Shown: piece after piece, positions 9,620-18,656 of the stretch
How the letters are laid out: every line of letters begins with the position of its first letter
Numbering within the stretch: position 1 is the first letter of the stretch
DNA from: a virus
Lineage: Duplodnaviria > Caudoviricetes
DNA: 59,419 bases
Direction: 5' to 3' (one strand)
Virus record (IMG/VR): IMGVR_UViG_3300048578_000449
Coordinates: 1 to 59,419 of that record
The notes under the pieces: model-generated
The model's database searches: none
What the model saw: only the letters and a program-made list of their open reading frames with translations
What the model was told of the DNA's origin: nothing
Program-made: the position numbers and the translations under genes

Positions 9620-11074
9620 GTGAGCCCAAAGATCGAGAAAGCCGCCGTCCGACTCCGCCCGTACCAGCTCGATGCCATCACCCGGCTCGACACACGCGTC
9701 GCCCATGGCGCGCGGCGCGTCCTACTGGTCGCGCCGACGGGCAGCGGCAAGACGATTCTCGCAAGCAGCGTAATCGTGAGTGCCGTGAGCGAAGGTCGCC
9801 GCGTGCTCTTCCTTGCGCACCGACGCGAGCTCATCAATCAGGCCTACCGCAAGTTACTCGAGTTTGGACTTCCGGCGCCTGCCGTGGGCGTCTTGATGGC
9901 CAAAGATCCGCGGCGCCGTCCCGGCGCTCTCGTGCAGGTGGCCAGCGTCGACACGCTGCGCAACCGCGCCAAACCAGGCGCGGACTTGGTGTTCACCGAC
10001 GAGTGCCACCGCTCCTTGTCGAACACCTACGTTCAGATCGCAAGAGACTACCCAAACGCGCTCCACATTGGGCTCACCGCGACGCCCTACCGCGCCGACG
10101 GCAAAGGGCTCGGAGATGCGTACGACGAACTCATCGTCGTTGCGAGCCCGCGACAACTCATCGACGAAGGATTCCTCGTCGAGCCGCGGGTCTTCACCGT
10201 GCCGTACGCGAAGCGACCCGATCTATCGAAGGTGAAGATCTCAAAAGGCGACTACGCCGTCGATGCGCTCGAACAGGCTGTCGACCGCGCCGGACTCGTC
10301 GGCAACATCGTCGAGCATTGGCTGGAACACGCACCGGGCATTCGAACGGTAGTTTTCCCGGTATCGGTGGCGCACTCGAAGCACATCGTGGAGCGGTTCG
10401 TTGGAGCCGGCGTCCGAGCGGAGCATCTCGATGGCGCAACACCTACGGCCGAACGCGATGCGATTCTCGCGCGTGTGGATTCAGGGGAGACACTGGTCGT
10501 CTCATCGGTGGGCGTGTTGTCCGAGGGCTGGGACCAGCCGAGCGTCAAATGCGCCATTCTCGCCCGCCCCACCAAATCCACGGGTCTCTACCTGCAGCAG
10601 GCGGGCCGCATTCTGCGGCCGTGGCAAAACCAGCCCGCCATCATCCTCGACCATGGTGGGTGCGCGCTCGAGCACGGCCTACCGCAGGACACGCGCGAGT
10701 TCTCGCTTGAAGGTCGCAAAAAGAGGAAGTCGACTGAATCTCTGTCGACCGTGCGCGAATGCCCGTCGTGTAACGCGGTCCTCAGCATCAACACGCGCCT
10801 CTGCCCGGTGTGCGGCTATCAACTTGTCGTCGAGCGCGAACTCCCTCAAGAGGAAGCCGGCAAGCTCGTCGAGGTACAAGCGGACACGTGGAAGTCGAAG
10901 CCGAAGTTCCCCTCCAGAACGAGTCCAGACTCGGAATACCGCGCCACGGTTGACACGCTTCGCATGGCTGCGCGCTTGGGCGGCCGGGTAAGTTGGGATG
11001 AGCTCGATCGCACGCGCGGTCCGAGTCCACCCGAGGCGCAGCAATTCTTGCCGTTCAAGGAGTCACCGACCTGA
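9620..11074 (+). CDS. SF2 DEAD/DEAH-box helicase with C-terminal Zn finger (phage YejH/UvsW-like)
   Basis: LRPYQ Q-motif, APTGSGKT, DECH, GLTATP, LSEGWD, QQAGRILRP, CPSC..CPVCG. Confidence 0.93.
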   Translation: MSPKIEKAAVRLRPYQLDAITRLDTRVAHGARRVLLVAPTGSGKTILASSVIVSAVSEGRRVLFLAHRRELINQAYRKLLEFGLPAPAVGVLMAKDPRRRPGALVQVASVDTLRNRAKPGADLVFTDECHRSLSNTYVQIARDYPNALHIGLTATPYRADGKGLGDAYDELIVVASPRQLIDEGFLVEPRVFTVPYAKRPDLSKVKISKGDYAVDALEQAVDRAGLVGNIVEHWLEHAPGIRTVVFPVSVAHSKHIVERFVGAGVRAEHLDGATPTAERDAILARVDSGETLVVSSVGVLSEGWDQPSVKCAILARPTKSTGLYLQQAGRILRPWQNQPAIILDHGGCALEHGLPQDTREFSLEGRKKRKSTESLSTVRECPSCNAVLSINTRLCPVCGYQLVVERELPQEEAGKLVEVQADTWKSKPKFPSRTSPDSEYRATVDTLRMAARLGGRVSWDELDRTRGPSPPEAQQFLPFKESPT

Positions 11075-11190
11075 CACCAAAACGTCCTTAGTAGCGCAGT
11101 ACCGCGAGCCTTTCGCGAAGAACCGCTCGTCATCTTGTCGATCAAGCTCACATCCAGATTGCCAACGTCGCAGCCGGCGAGGCCATCGTC

Positions 11191-14100
11191 ATGACCCGCG
11201 TGGCTGTTGCGCATCTAAAGTACTCCACCGGGTTCGAACCCGGTCGGGAGGAGAAAGCAAAGCCAAACTATCAAGTGCTAGAGCTGCGGCACGCGCTGGA
11301 ACGCGTCTACACCTCTGATGCGCATCTCGTCACGTACGTGGTGGACGGCCTTGAGAAGCAGCCACGCATCAACAAGACGGGCCTGCAGCATTACATGCAG
11401 ACCACCGGCAGGCGGCTCGCTGTCGAGTGCTTCTTCTGTGATGTTGACAATCCCGGACACGCGCCATGGACAGACGAACTTTATATGGACGCGGTCTTGC
11501 TTGACTCGAAGCTCGAGATCCTCTCGACGGCGGGCATCTACCATACGAGAGGCGGACGTCGCATTGTACAGCCCCTTGCCACACCGCTCGACGTCGAGGC
11601 GGCCGAGCCACATCTCAAGTACTGGCTCATCCGCCTTGCGGATGCTGGCCTCGCTGTGGACTTCGAATGCAAGGATTGGACAAGGCACTATCGAGTTCCG
11701 TACGTGCGTCGTGACGGCGTGGACGAGCGTCCGGCGTTTATCGATCTCACGCGGATGCGCCCAGTCGAGTTGCCGCCGCTGCCTGCAGTTCCACTCGACG
11801 ACCTGATGCCTCCCTGGGCGCGGAGGAAGAGGGCAAAGGCAAGTGGGTCAGCGCAGCCATTCTCACCAACCGACAAGATAGCGTTCGAGCTACAGCCGTC
11901 CCAAGCCATCATCCCGAAACACTGGCAGCCGGTCGTAGCTCCCGTGGCGGGTGCAATCGCGTCGGTGTTGACGCCCTGGCACGGTCTCTTTCTGACGCTG
12001 GCGGGCGCCATGCTTCGCCTGCGCATCCCTCCGGAAAGCATTGAGGCGCTCGTGGAGAGCATCTCGTTAGCGACTCACGCCGACGATAGGACGCAAGACC
12101 GCGTGAAATGTGCTCGGTCGACACTTGAGCGCTACAGCCGGGGCGAATCGCTTACGGGGCTGTCAGCGCTCAGAGCTGAGTGGCCCGAAGTTGCACGAGC
12201 GCTCGAGTCCGCTGTAGCCATGGTGCGTTTGGGCCCAGCAGGTAGATCTCCTAACGTTGCCGCCGACACGCGAAGTCTCACCGAGATCACCACCGCCCTC
12301 GAGGCCGCCATCGAACAGGCCCCCGTCGGGCTTACGGTCATCAAGGCTGAGTGCGGCCTCGGAAAGACGTATGCCGCGCTCCGGGTGGCCGCGAGGCGCG
12401 CGGTGAAGTCATACGCAAGCGAGCATGCCGCAGGGCTGCGCGCACCAACGGACTCAAAAACCGCCATCTCAGTCGACAAGAACAAGCTCGCGATTCAGTG
12501 CGCGACCGAGCTCGAGACGCTCGGACGCTCAAGCCAGCGCATCTTCGGGCCGCTTTCCCTGCTCGACGCCAATGGGACGCCCATCTGCAAGCTTCACAAG
12601 GTTGCGACGCCCCTCGTCGAAGGCGGGCAACGCATGCAATGGGAACTTTGCGAGCGACGCAACGGTGAAGCGAAGTGCAAGCATTACGACGAATGTCCGG
12701 CGCGCACAGGACAGGAAGGCGACTCACGTAGCCGCATCACTTTTGGCACGCATTCACTGCTCGGCGCCCTCGACGCCGAAGCAGGCTCGACAGGCCTACT
12801 CGTGATCGACGAGGTGCCGGAGTTCCTCGAGACCGTTGCGCTCAATGCCGAAGACCTCGAAGCGGCATTACTATCCGCGGGCACGTCGTTCGAGGCAACG
12901 TACGTTGCGGCGCTCATTCCAGTGCTCTCGGCTTGGTTCGAGTTCTTGAAGCAGGCGCCAGAAGGCGAATCGGTCGAAGCGAGCGAGGCCGCACGTCGCT
13001 TTGCGCATCGCATCCCACCTCACCTCCTCGCAAAAGCCCAGCGCAGCGCGCTGTTGCCTTCGGATGCCGACGCCGTCGAATGCGCCGCTCACACCCCTTT
13101 CCCGGAGAAGCACTGCGGCACGGCTCCCCCAATCTTGAAGCATTGGGTCGACATCGCTCTTGAGATCCCCGGTCAAGCCGCTCGGCTCGGGAAGATCTCA
13201 AAGGTCCTGAAGATAACCCACCACGCAATGGCAAGCGAATACCCGGTAGTGGTCCGGGTCGAAGAGCGACGCGGCAAACGCCAACTGCTCGTGACCTCCC
13301 CCCGTGAGGTGCTCGCACAGGCGCTCCGGCGTGATGGGGCTGTCGTCGTTGCCGACGCCAACGCGGACTTGCACCTGCCCATCCTGAGCCAGGTGGTGGG
13401 CTACGAGCCGCGCTACCACGTGTTCACGGCGCCCGACGGAGCGCCAATCCGGCGGACGATGATTCGCACCCGCAAGGCCACCCGCAAAGCATGGTTTAGG
13501 GCGGGCAAGCTCGATCCTGAGTCGTCGCTCGTCGAATTCGTACGGGCGGCGTTCGCGTGGCTCGAGGAAGACCCAAGCACGGCACTGGTTGGCATCGTCA
13601 CCGTCCCGGCGGTCGAGTGTGTCCTCTTGTACGCCGCGGGAATTGATGAGCCGAAGTGTCTCGCGGACTGGAAGTCCATGGGGCAGCCTAGGGAAGCGCT
13701 AGACGCGTTTTCGGCTGTTCTGGCCCCGACCCTCGACCCTTGGCGTCCGAAGCTTCTAACAGCCCACTATGGAGCAACACGGGGCCTAAACGACATGTCC
13801 CAGGCCGACGCCCTGATCACCCTCGGTGATCCGTGGACCAACTTGGGCGACGCCCGGAGCGATGCGGCGTTCCTGCAGCTGGGAGCGGACTGGGAGGCCC
13901 GCTACACGGCTCGATGCCGAGCCGAGCTCGAGCAGGCCCATGGCCGGCTGAGGACCGTCCACCGAACTGAGCCCGCCCGAGCGCTCCACGTCGGGGCCGT
14001 GATGCCGGGTGGCTCGGGATGGGCAATTGGGCGAGTGGATGTGCGTGAGTCGTCTCGCGATCACCGCACAGCTGACCATGCTGCGCACTCGGGAGAGGCG

Positions 14101-14268
14101 ATGACCGCCGAACAATTCGCACAGGCGGTCAACGTCCTCGGCGGCCTTCGAGCGGCATCCAGGATCCTTGGGTGCTCCCGTGGAACAGTCGCGAACTACC
14201 GGATCGGCAAACGTAGGATCCCGGACGAGATTGCGGAACGCGTGTTGCGAGCCACGCGCCAAGCGTAG
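11191..14268 (+). CDS. Large replication protein: AEP primase-like N-terminus, divergent SF2-type helicase region and C-terminal HTH
   Basis: FFCDVDN (DxD), IYHTRGGRR, KDWTRHYRVP; AECGLGKT, VIDEVP, EQAHGRLR; LGGLRAASRILGCSRGTV. Confidence 0.65.
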   Translation: MTRVAVAHLKYSTGFEPGREEKAKPNYQVLELRHALERVYTSDAHLVTYVVDGLEKQPRINKTGLQHYMQTTGRRLAVECFFCDVDNPGHAPWTDELYMDAVLLDSKLEILSTAGIYHTRGGRRIVQPLATPLDVEAAEPHLKYWLIRLADAGLAVDFECKDWTRHYRVPYVRRDGVDERPAFIDLTRMRPVELPPLPAVPLDDLMPPWARRKRAKASGSAQPFSPTDKIAFELQPSQAIIPKHWQPVVAPVAGAIASVLTPWHGLFLTLAGAMLRLRIPPESIEALVESISLATHADDRTQDRVKCARSTLERYSRGESLTGLSALRAEWPEVARALESAVAMVRLGPAGRSPNVAADTRSLTEITTALEAAIEQAPVGLTVIKAECGLGKTYAALRVAARRAVKSYASEHAAGLRAPTDSKTAISVDKNKLAIQCATELETLGRSSQRIFGPLSLLDANGTPICKLHKVATPLVEGGQRMQWELCERRNGEAKCKHYDECPARTGQEGDSRSRITFGTHSLLGALDAEAGSTGLLVIDEVPEFLETVALNAEDLEAALLSAGTSFEATYVAALIPVLSAWFEFLKQAPEGESVEASEAARRFAHRIPPHLLAKAQRSALLPSDADAVECAAHTPFPEKHCGTAPPILKHWVDIALEIPGQAARLGKISKVLKITHHAMASEYPVVVRVEERRGKRQLLVTSPREVLAQALRRDGAVVVADANADLHLPILSQVVGYEPRYHVFTAPDGAPIRRTMIRTRKATRKAWFRAGKLDPESSLVEFVRAAFAWLEEDPSTALVGIVTVPAVECVLLYAAGIDEPKCLADWKSMGQPREALDAFSAVLAPTLDPWRPKLLTAHYGATRGLNDMSQADALITLGDPWTNLGDARSDAAFLQLGADWEARYTARCRAELEQAHGRLRTVHRTEPARALHVGAVMPGGSGWAIGRVDVRESSRDHRTADHAAHSGEAMTAEQFAQAVNVLGGLRAASRILGCSRGTVANYRIGKRRIPDEIAERVLRATRQA

Positions 14269-14314
14269 GAATCGCGTCGTTCGCGACCTCGCGCAGTGAC
14301 CGCGTACAGCACGT

Positions 14315-14359
14315 GTCATCCGTGCAACCGGCGCGGACCGCGCCGGTTGCACGGATGAC
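14315..14359. repeat. Perfect 45-bp palindrome (22-bp arms, 1-nt centre)
   Basis: GTCATCCGTGCAACCGGCGCGG-A-CCGCGCCGGTTGCACGGATGAC. Confidence 0.95.
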
Positions 14360-14428
14360 GCGGTCCAGCCGACCGGACTCGCTCCTCTTGTGTGCCGAAG
14401 AAGTCTGTCCGCATCAGCAGTCAAGAGC

Positions 14429-14494
14429 GGCCAGTGTCCACAGCTTGACCTAACTAAAGATATTCTTAGTTAGGGTAGACCGTGAACACTGGCC
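14429..14494. other. Putative replication origin: nested inverted repeats around an AT-rich core
   Basis: GGCCAGTGTCCAC...GTGAACACTGGCC (12/13) enclosing CCTAACTAA-N8-TTAGTTAGG; directly downstream of the rep gene. Confidence 0.55.
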
Positions 14495-14662
14495 ACATGC
14501 GCATGCCCACCCGTGCGCGACGCACATGAGCTCACGCAGAAGACTCAGCACGTCGGCGGACAACAGGCACGTGGATCGTCGGACAGAGGACTGGGGTCTA
14601 CACGGCTCGAACTCGCGCACCGTCCACTCGCCCGAAAGCGCGAGACGAAAACAACGTTCGCT

Positions 14663-14694
14663 GTCCCCCACGAGCGTGGTCGGACCCCCTTTGC
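14663..14694 (+). promoter_or_regulatory. Class-1 promoter, leaderless start of 14701
   Basis: GTCCCC-N21-TTTGC; ATG at 14701, 11 nt after the first T. Confidence 0.7.
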
Positions 14695-14700
14695 CGCTGC

Positions 14701-15132
14701 ATGGGTCACGACTCTCTCACCGCCAAAGCTGTTCGCAAGTATATTGGCCGTGCCGGTGGCACGACCAAAGTCGCCAAAAGGCTCGCCGTACCCGTCGAGG
14801 ACGTCGTTCGATGGGCACGCGACGGACTCGATGACGAGGACCAAGCAATTCGACTCATGGACCTCGGGCAGTACCGCGTTTGCCGTTACGGCCTGCCTCC
14901 ACGCTGCAGGATTCTACTTCCCGGTGAGCTCGACCGACTCATTGGAAAGCTTGGCGGACTCAAGCAGACCGCTGAATGGCTGAAGGTTAGCCTACGTACA
15001 CTGCGGCGGTATCGCTCCGGTTCGTCAAACATGCCTGAGCTATCGGCTGAGAGGGTCCGGAAGGCACTGGATCAACGACTTGCATCGGGTGCATCTGCGT
15101 CCTCAATACACTCGTCGGGCGATGTCCCCTGA
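14701..15132 (+). CDS. Tandem-HTH DNA-binding protein
   Basis: IGRAGGTTKVAKRLAVP..DVVRW and IGKLGGLKQTAEWLKVSLRTLRRY; similar to the Rep C-terminal HTH. Confidence 0.65.
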   Translation: MGHDSLTAKAVRKYIGRAGGTTKVAKRLAVPVEDVVRWARDGLDDEDQAIRLMDLGQYRVCRYGLPPRCRILLPGELDRLIGKLGGLKQTAEWLKVSLRTLRRYRSGSSNMPELSAERVRKALDQRLASGASASSIHSSGDVP

Positions 15133-15155
15133 CACGCACCGTGTGACCCCTTTGC
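15124..15155 (+). promoter_or_regulatory. Class-1 promoter, leaderless start of 15162
   Basis: GTCCCC-N21-TTTGC; GTG at 15162, 11 nt after the first T. Confidence 0.7.
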
Positions 15156-15161
15156 CACCAT

Positions 15162-15740
15162 GTGCCCGATTCAAATCCTGGCCGCACCATCACCTGCCCG
15201 CACTTCCGGGCAATGCCGGGATCGAAGCGCTGCGTCGACTACATCCCGAACGGTTCTTGCGCTCGTCCCGATGAGTTCATGTGTGTCGAGTGGCTGAAGC
15301 TCAATCCTGCTTCGGCCACCCCCGCACCAGCTCGGCACCTCTCGAGCCCAGCGAAGCCCGTCGCTCGCGCTCTCTTCGGCAACCCCATCCCGGTCGCGCC
15401 TTCGCCACCGAACGGGCGAATCGCGCCGCCTAACTCGCGAGCCGTTTCTGGTCCACCAATCGCTGCCGCAACGAGCACCCGAGCTGAAACGCCCACCGTG
15501 CGCTCGGTCACCGAAGCGGACGTCGCGAGCTTCCGGGCGGCAGGCTTCGAGGTCTGCTTCGACACGGAATCGCTCGGCCCGATTTGGCTCGTGACCGAAT
15601 ACACGAAGGAAGACCGCACCGAGCTGAAGGTCGAGCACGCGGTCCTACTCGCAGCAGTGGGTTCTGTCTTCCCGGACGCGCGCATCACGGCGTTGAAGCG
15701 CCCCTCGGAGCACAAGGACGAGAAATCGACAGGGCCGTGA
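15162..15740 (+). CDS. Hypothetical protein (Cys-rich N-terminus, Pro-rich linker)
   Basis: CPHF..KRC..Y...GSCARPDEFMCVEW; promoter directly upstream. Confidence 0.6.
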   Translation: MPDSNPGRTITCPHFRAMPGSKRCVDYIPNGSCARPDEFMCVEWLKLNPASATPAPARHLSSPAKPVARALFGNPIPVAPSPPNGRIAPPNSRAVSGPPIAAATSTRAETPTVRSVTEADVASFRAAGFEVCFDTESLGPIWLVTEYTKEDRTELKVEHAVLLAAVGSVFPDARITALKRPSEHKDEKSTGP

Positions 15741-15750
15741 CGATTTGCGT

Positions 15751-15779
15751 GTCCCCTTTTTGCACCCGTCCCCCTTTGA
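15751..15779 (+). promoter_or_regulatory. Variant class-1 motif (GTCCCC-N18-TTTGA)
   Basis: Both half-sites present but spacing atypical; precedes the AGGAGG RBS of 15804. Confidence 0.35.
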
Positions 15780-15803
15780 CCTTTTTGAATCAGGAGGCCA
15801 ACT

Positions 15804-16976
15804 GTGAGTTTTTCCAATGAGCATCTCTCGTACTCGAGGCTCAGTCGCTTCGAGCAATGTCCGCTGTCGTTCAAGCTGCACTACATCGACCAATTGAAGT
15901 CCGAGCCCGGCGTGCCGCTCATCTTCGGCAAGCTGATCCATGCCGTCCTCGAGCGACTGCTGCGCGAGGTCATCGCGCAAGAGCACTCGGGTCCTATTGA
16001 GGAATCACGAGCCCTCAACCTGTACCACGAAGCATGGATCCTCTCGAAGCTGACGGGACTGGAGCTTTTCTCGGAGGGCTTCAGCATCATGCGGGAGTTC
16101 GTCCGGGAACAAGGAGTCATCAATCACCGCGACGTGCTCGCCGTCGAGCAAGAGTTTCACCTGCCCGTCGGGCCCTTCGACGTGCTCGGGTACATCGACC
16201 GGGTGGACTACGTGGATGCCGAGACGGTGGAGGTTACCGACTACAAGACCAACCACATGCTCTTCACCCGCGACGAGCTCGATTTCTCGCTGCAGATGAG
16301 TCTCTACGAGATTGCAGCTCGGCGGCTTTGGCCCTGGGTGAAGAAGGTCAAGCTCACGTTCTGGATGCTGCGGCACGGGCTGAGACAGACCACGACGCGC
16401 ACCCCCGAGCAACTCGAGGCTGCCCTCGCCTATGTGAAAGTGCTCGGCGAGCAAACGGAGACAGCGACCGAGTATCCTGCGCGGCTCAACCTCAACTGTT
16501 GCTACTGCGACCACCGAAAGCAATGCCCGGCGTACGCGGAGGCGTTGCAAGGCGGGCGGCAGTTCGAATGCGACGATCTGACCAACCTCGAAGCTGTCGC
16601 GAAGGAGCGTGAGGAAGTCGCGAAGCTCGTGAAGATCCTCGGCGCTCGCAAGGACGAGCTCGAAGACGTGCTCAAGACGCACCTGAAGGAGAAGCCGGAG
16701 CTGCTTCTCGGAGGCATGCGCTACAAGATGTACAAGACGACGAGTCAGGAGTATCCGCTCGAGCGCACCCTTTCGACCCTCGAGCAAGCCACGGGAGCGA
16801 CGCGAGACGCGTTGCTCGCAGAGGTCGGCTCGGTCGATAAGAAGTCCCTCGAGACGCTGCTGAAGCGGCTCTGCAAACAGCTCAACCCGTCGAAGTACAT
16901 GCTGCTCAGGGCGGAGCTCGATGCCAACGCGGAGAAGCGTCACGGTGCGCGGTTCTCCGCGCAGGAGGCTCGGTAG
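15804..16976 (+). CDS. PD-(D/E)XK (RecB/Cas4-like) exonuclease with Cys cluster
   Basis: HLSYSRLSRFEQCP; GYIDRVD..VTDYKT; LQMSLY; CCYCDHRKQCP. Confidence 0.88.
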   Translation: MSFSNEHLSYSRLSRFEQCPLSFKLHYIDQLKSEPGVPLIFGKLIHAVLERLLREVIAQEHSGPIEESRALNLYHEAWILSKLTGLELFSEGFSIMREFVREQGVINHRDVLAVEQEFHLPVGPFDVLGYIDRVDYVDAETVEVTDYKTNHMLFTRDELDFSLQMSLYEIAARRLWPWVKKVKLTFWMLRHGLRQTTTRTPEQLEAALAYVKVLGEQTETATEYPARLNLNCCYCDHRKQCPAYAEALQGGRQFECDDLTNLEAVAKEREEVAKLVKILGARKDELEDVLKTHLKEKPELLLGGMRYKMYKTTSQEYPLERTLSTLEQATGATRDALLAEVGSVDKKSLETLLKRLCKQLNPSKYMLLRAELDANAEKRHGARFSAQEAR

Positions 16977-17536
16977 TGGCCCTTGAGGCCACTCAGACGC
17001 CTACAGGTGCCAAGCCGCTTCTCGAACGAATCCAAACCCTCCCCGACGATGAACGCGCCATCGTCGAAACCCTCATCGAACGGCTCGAACTCGGTCGCCG
17101 TCACTACGGACCGTGGATTGTCGCTGACGGACGCGAATACCCGAGCGAAGCCTTCGCCGAGGTGATTGACTGCCTGCATTACTCGGCAGCCGAACTGCTG
17201 CGCCTGCGCCGTCTCGAACAGCAACGCCGGCGCCGAGTCTACGTGTGTCACCCGTATAGTGCAGATCCCCTCGGCAACACCGGGAAGGTGCGTCGCATCT
17301 GCCGACAGCTCGTGTTCGAAGGGGCGCTACCAATTGCGCCGCAGCTCTTCTTGCCCGCGTTCATCGACGAAGGCCTCGAGCGGGAGCTAGCGCTCACGTT
17401 GTGTCTCGAATTCGTTGACCTCGCCGACGAGCTTGGCGTCTTCGACACGCACATCTCAACCGGGATGGGGCTTGAGTGCGACCGCGCGAAGTCACGTCAG
17501 ATCCCAATCCGCAACCGAAAGCGAGGTGAGCCGTGA
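16976..17536 (+). CDS. Two-domain protein with a C-terminal DUF4406/nucleoside deoxyribosyltransferase-like domain
   Basis: VYVCHPYS...PIAPQL...DELGVF...ISTGMGLE. Confidence 0.6.
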   Translation: MALEATQTPTGAKPLLERIQTLPDDERAIVETLIERLELGRRHYGPWIVADGREYPSEAFAEVIDCLHYSAAELLRLRRLEQQRRRRVYVCHPYSADPLGNTGKVRRICRQLVFEGALPIAPQLFLPAFIDEGLERELALTLCLEFVDLADELGVFDTHISTGMGLECDRAKSRQIPIRNRKRGEP

Positions 17537-17868
17537 CCGGTGCTGCCTCTCGCCGCAAGGGCGCGCAGTTCGAGCGCGAGCTGGTGCTCCGGTTCCGGGA
17601 AGCGATGCCGGAGGCGACCGTACGCCGCGGGCTCCAGTCTCGGGGCGGAAGCGAAGTTGCGGACGTGGACGTGCCGTGTTTCTGGCCGGAGGCCAAGCGA
17701 CACAGGCGCACCAACCCCCGCGAGGCGCTCCGACAGGCCGTGGACAACTGCCCTGCAGGACGGTGGCCCATTGGCGTCTGCAAGGACGACGGCGAGCCCG
17801 AGTTCGTCGTGATGCAGCTCGATGACTTTCTCGACTTGGTTCGAGAGTGGTGGGAGCGGCGCAAGTGA
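17533..17868 (+). CDS. Holliday junction resolvase (Hjc-like PD-(D/E)XK)
   Basis: [13 protein letters not shown]; ADV..P.FWPEAKR; [11 protein letters not shown]. Confidence 0.75.
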   Translation: MTGAASRRKGAQFERELVLRFREAMPEATVRRGLQSRGGSEVADVDVPCFWPEAKRHRRTNPREALRQAVDNCPAGRWPIGVCKDDGEPEFVVMQLDDFLDLVREWWERRK

Positions 17869-18653
17869 GCAACGCACTCAAAGCACTGACCGAGAGTCTG
17901 CGTTGCCACGCGCTGTCCACTCGGCATGCGCGCCGCTATCTGGAAGCACGCGAGCACCACGAGGTACTCGGTCGGTACACGAGTGCATCTGAAGTGCTCC
18001 GCGCGCTCGCCAACGAGCGCATGGACGGGTACGCGGAGCGAGAGCGACTCACGCGGGTGCTCCTCAGGGAGCATCAACGCTGCCCGAACGTCCTCTGGTC
18101 GAGCATGCTTATCGTCGCGTACTACCCGATGCTCAGCCGCCTTCGTTTCCGGCTCGTCAACGAGCGCATCTTGGGTGACGATCTGGACCAGCTGGTGCTC
18201 ATGGCGTTTCTCGGCACAATTGAGCACATCCAGCTCGATCGCAAGCCGGACCGGATCGCGATGCACCTGCGGCAGCTGACGACCAAGCAGCTGTTTCGCC
18301 TGGTGTCCTGGGAAGCCCGCGTCGACGCGCTCACTGACGACGAGGAGTCCGAGCTCTACCAGGTGTCGCAAAGCGAGCTCGTTACGCGAGACGATCTGCA
18401 CGGCTGGCAGATGATGCTCCGGGACATGCGGATGCGGTTGAGGAGAGACCTCGACGAGTCCGCCATTGGAACGATCGCCGCCACGGTCATCGGTCAGGAG
18501 GAGCTTCAGTCGTACGTGGCCCGAGCTTTCGACGAGTCGCCAGAAGAGCGTGAGCGGATCTATGAGCGCCTCAAGCGGCAACGCACGAGAGCGTTCGGGT
18601 ACCTGCGCGAGTTCGTTGGGCGAGAAGACGAGCTGTTCGAGCAAGGCGTGTAA
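17865..18653 (+). CDS. Sigma-70/ECF-like phage transcription factor (paralog 2)
   Basis: [45 protein letters not shown]; late-activator position before terS; GTGA overlap. Confidence 0.6.
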   Translation: MSNALKALTESLRCHALSTRHARRYLEAREHHEVLGRYTSASEVLRALANERMDGYAERERLTRVLLREHQRCPNVLWSSMLIVAYYPMLSRLRFRLVNERILGDDLDQLVLMAFLGTIEHIQLDRKPDRIAMHLRQLTTKQLFRLVSWEARVDALTDDEESELYQVSQSELVTRDDLHGWQMMLRDMRMRLRRDLDESAIGTIAATVIGQEELQSYVARAFDESPEERERIYERLKRQRTRAFGYLREFVGREDELFEQGV

Positions 18654-18656
18654 CCG

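Noticed and set aside
14315-14359. Rho-independent terminator or protelomerase telRL call
   Set aside because: No U-tract or real loop, and no protelomerase gene recognised; kept only as a palindrome
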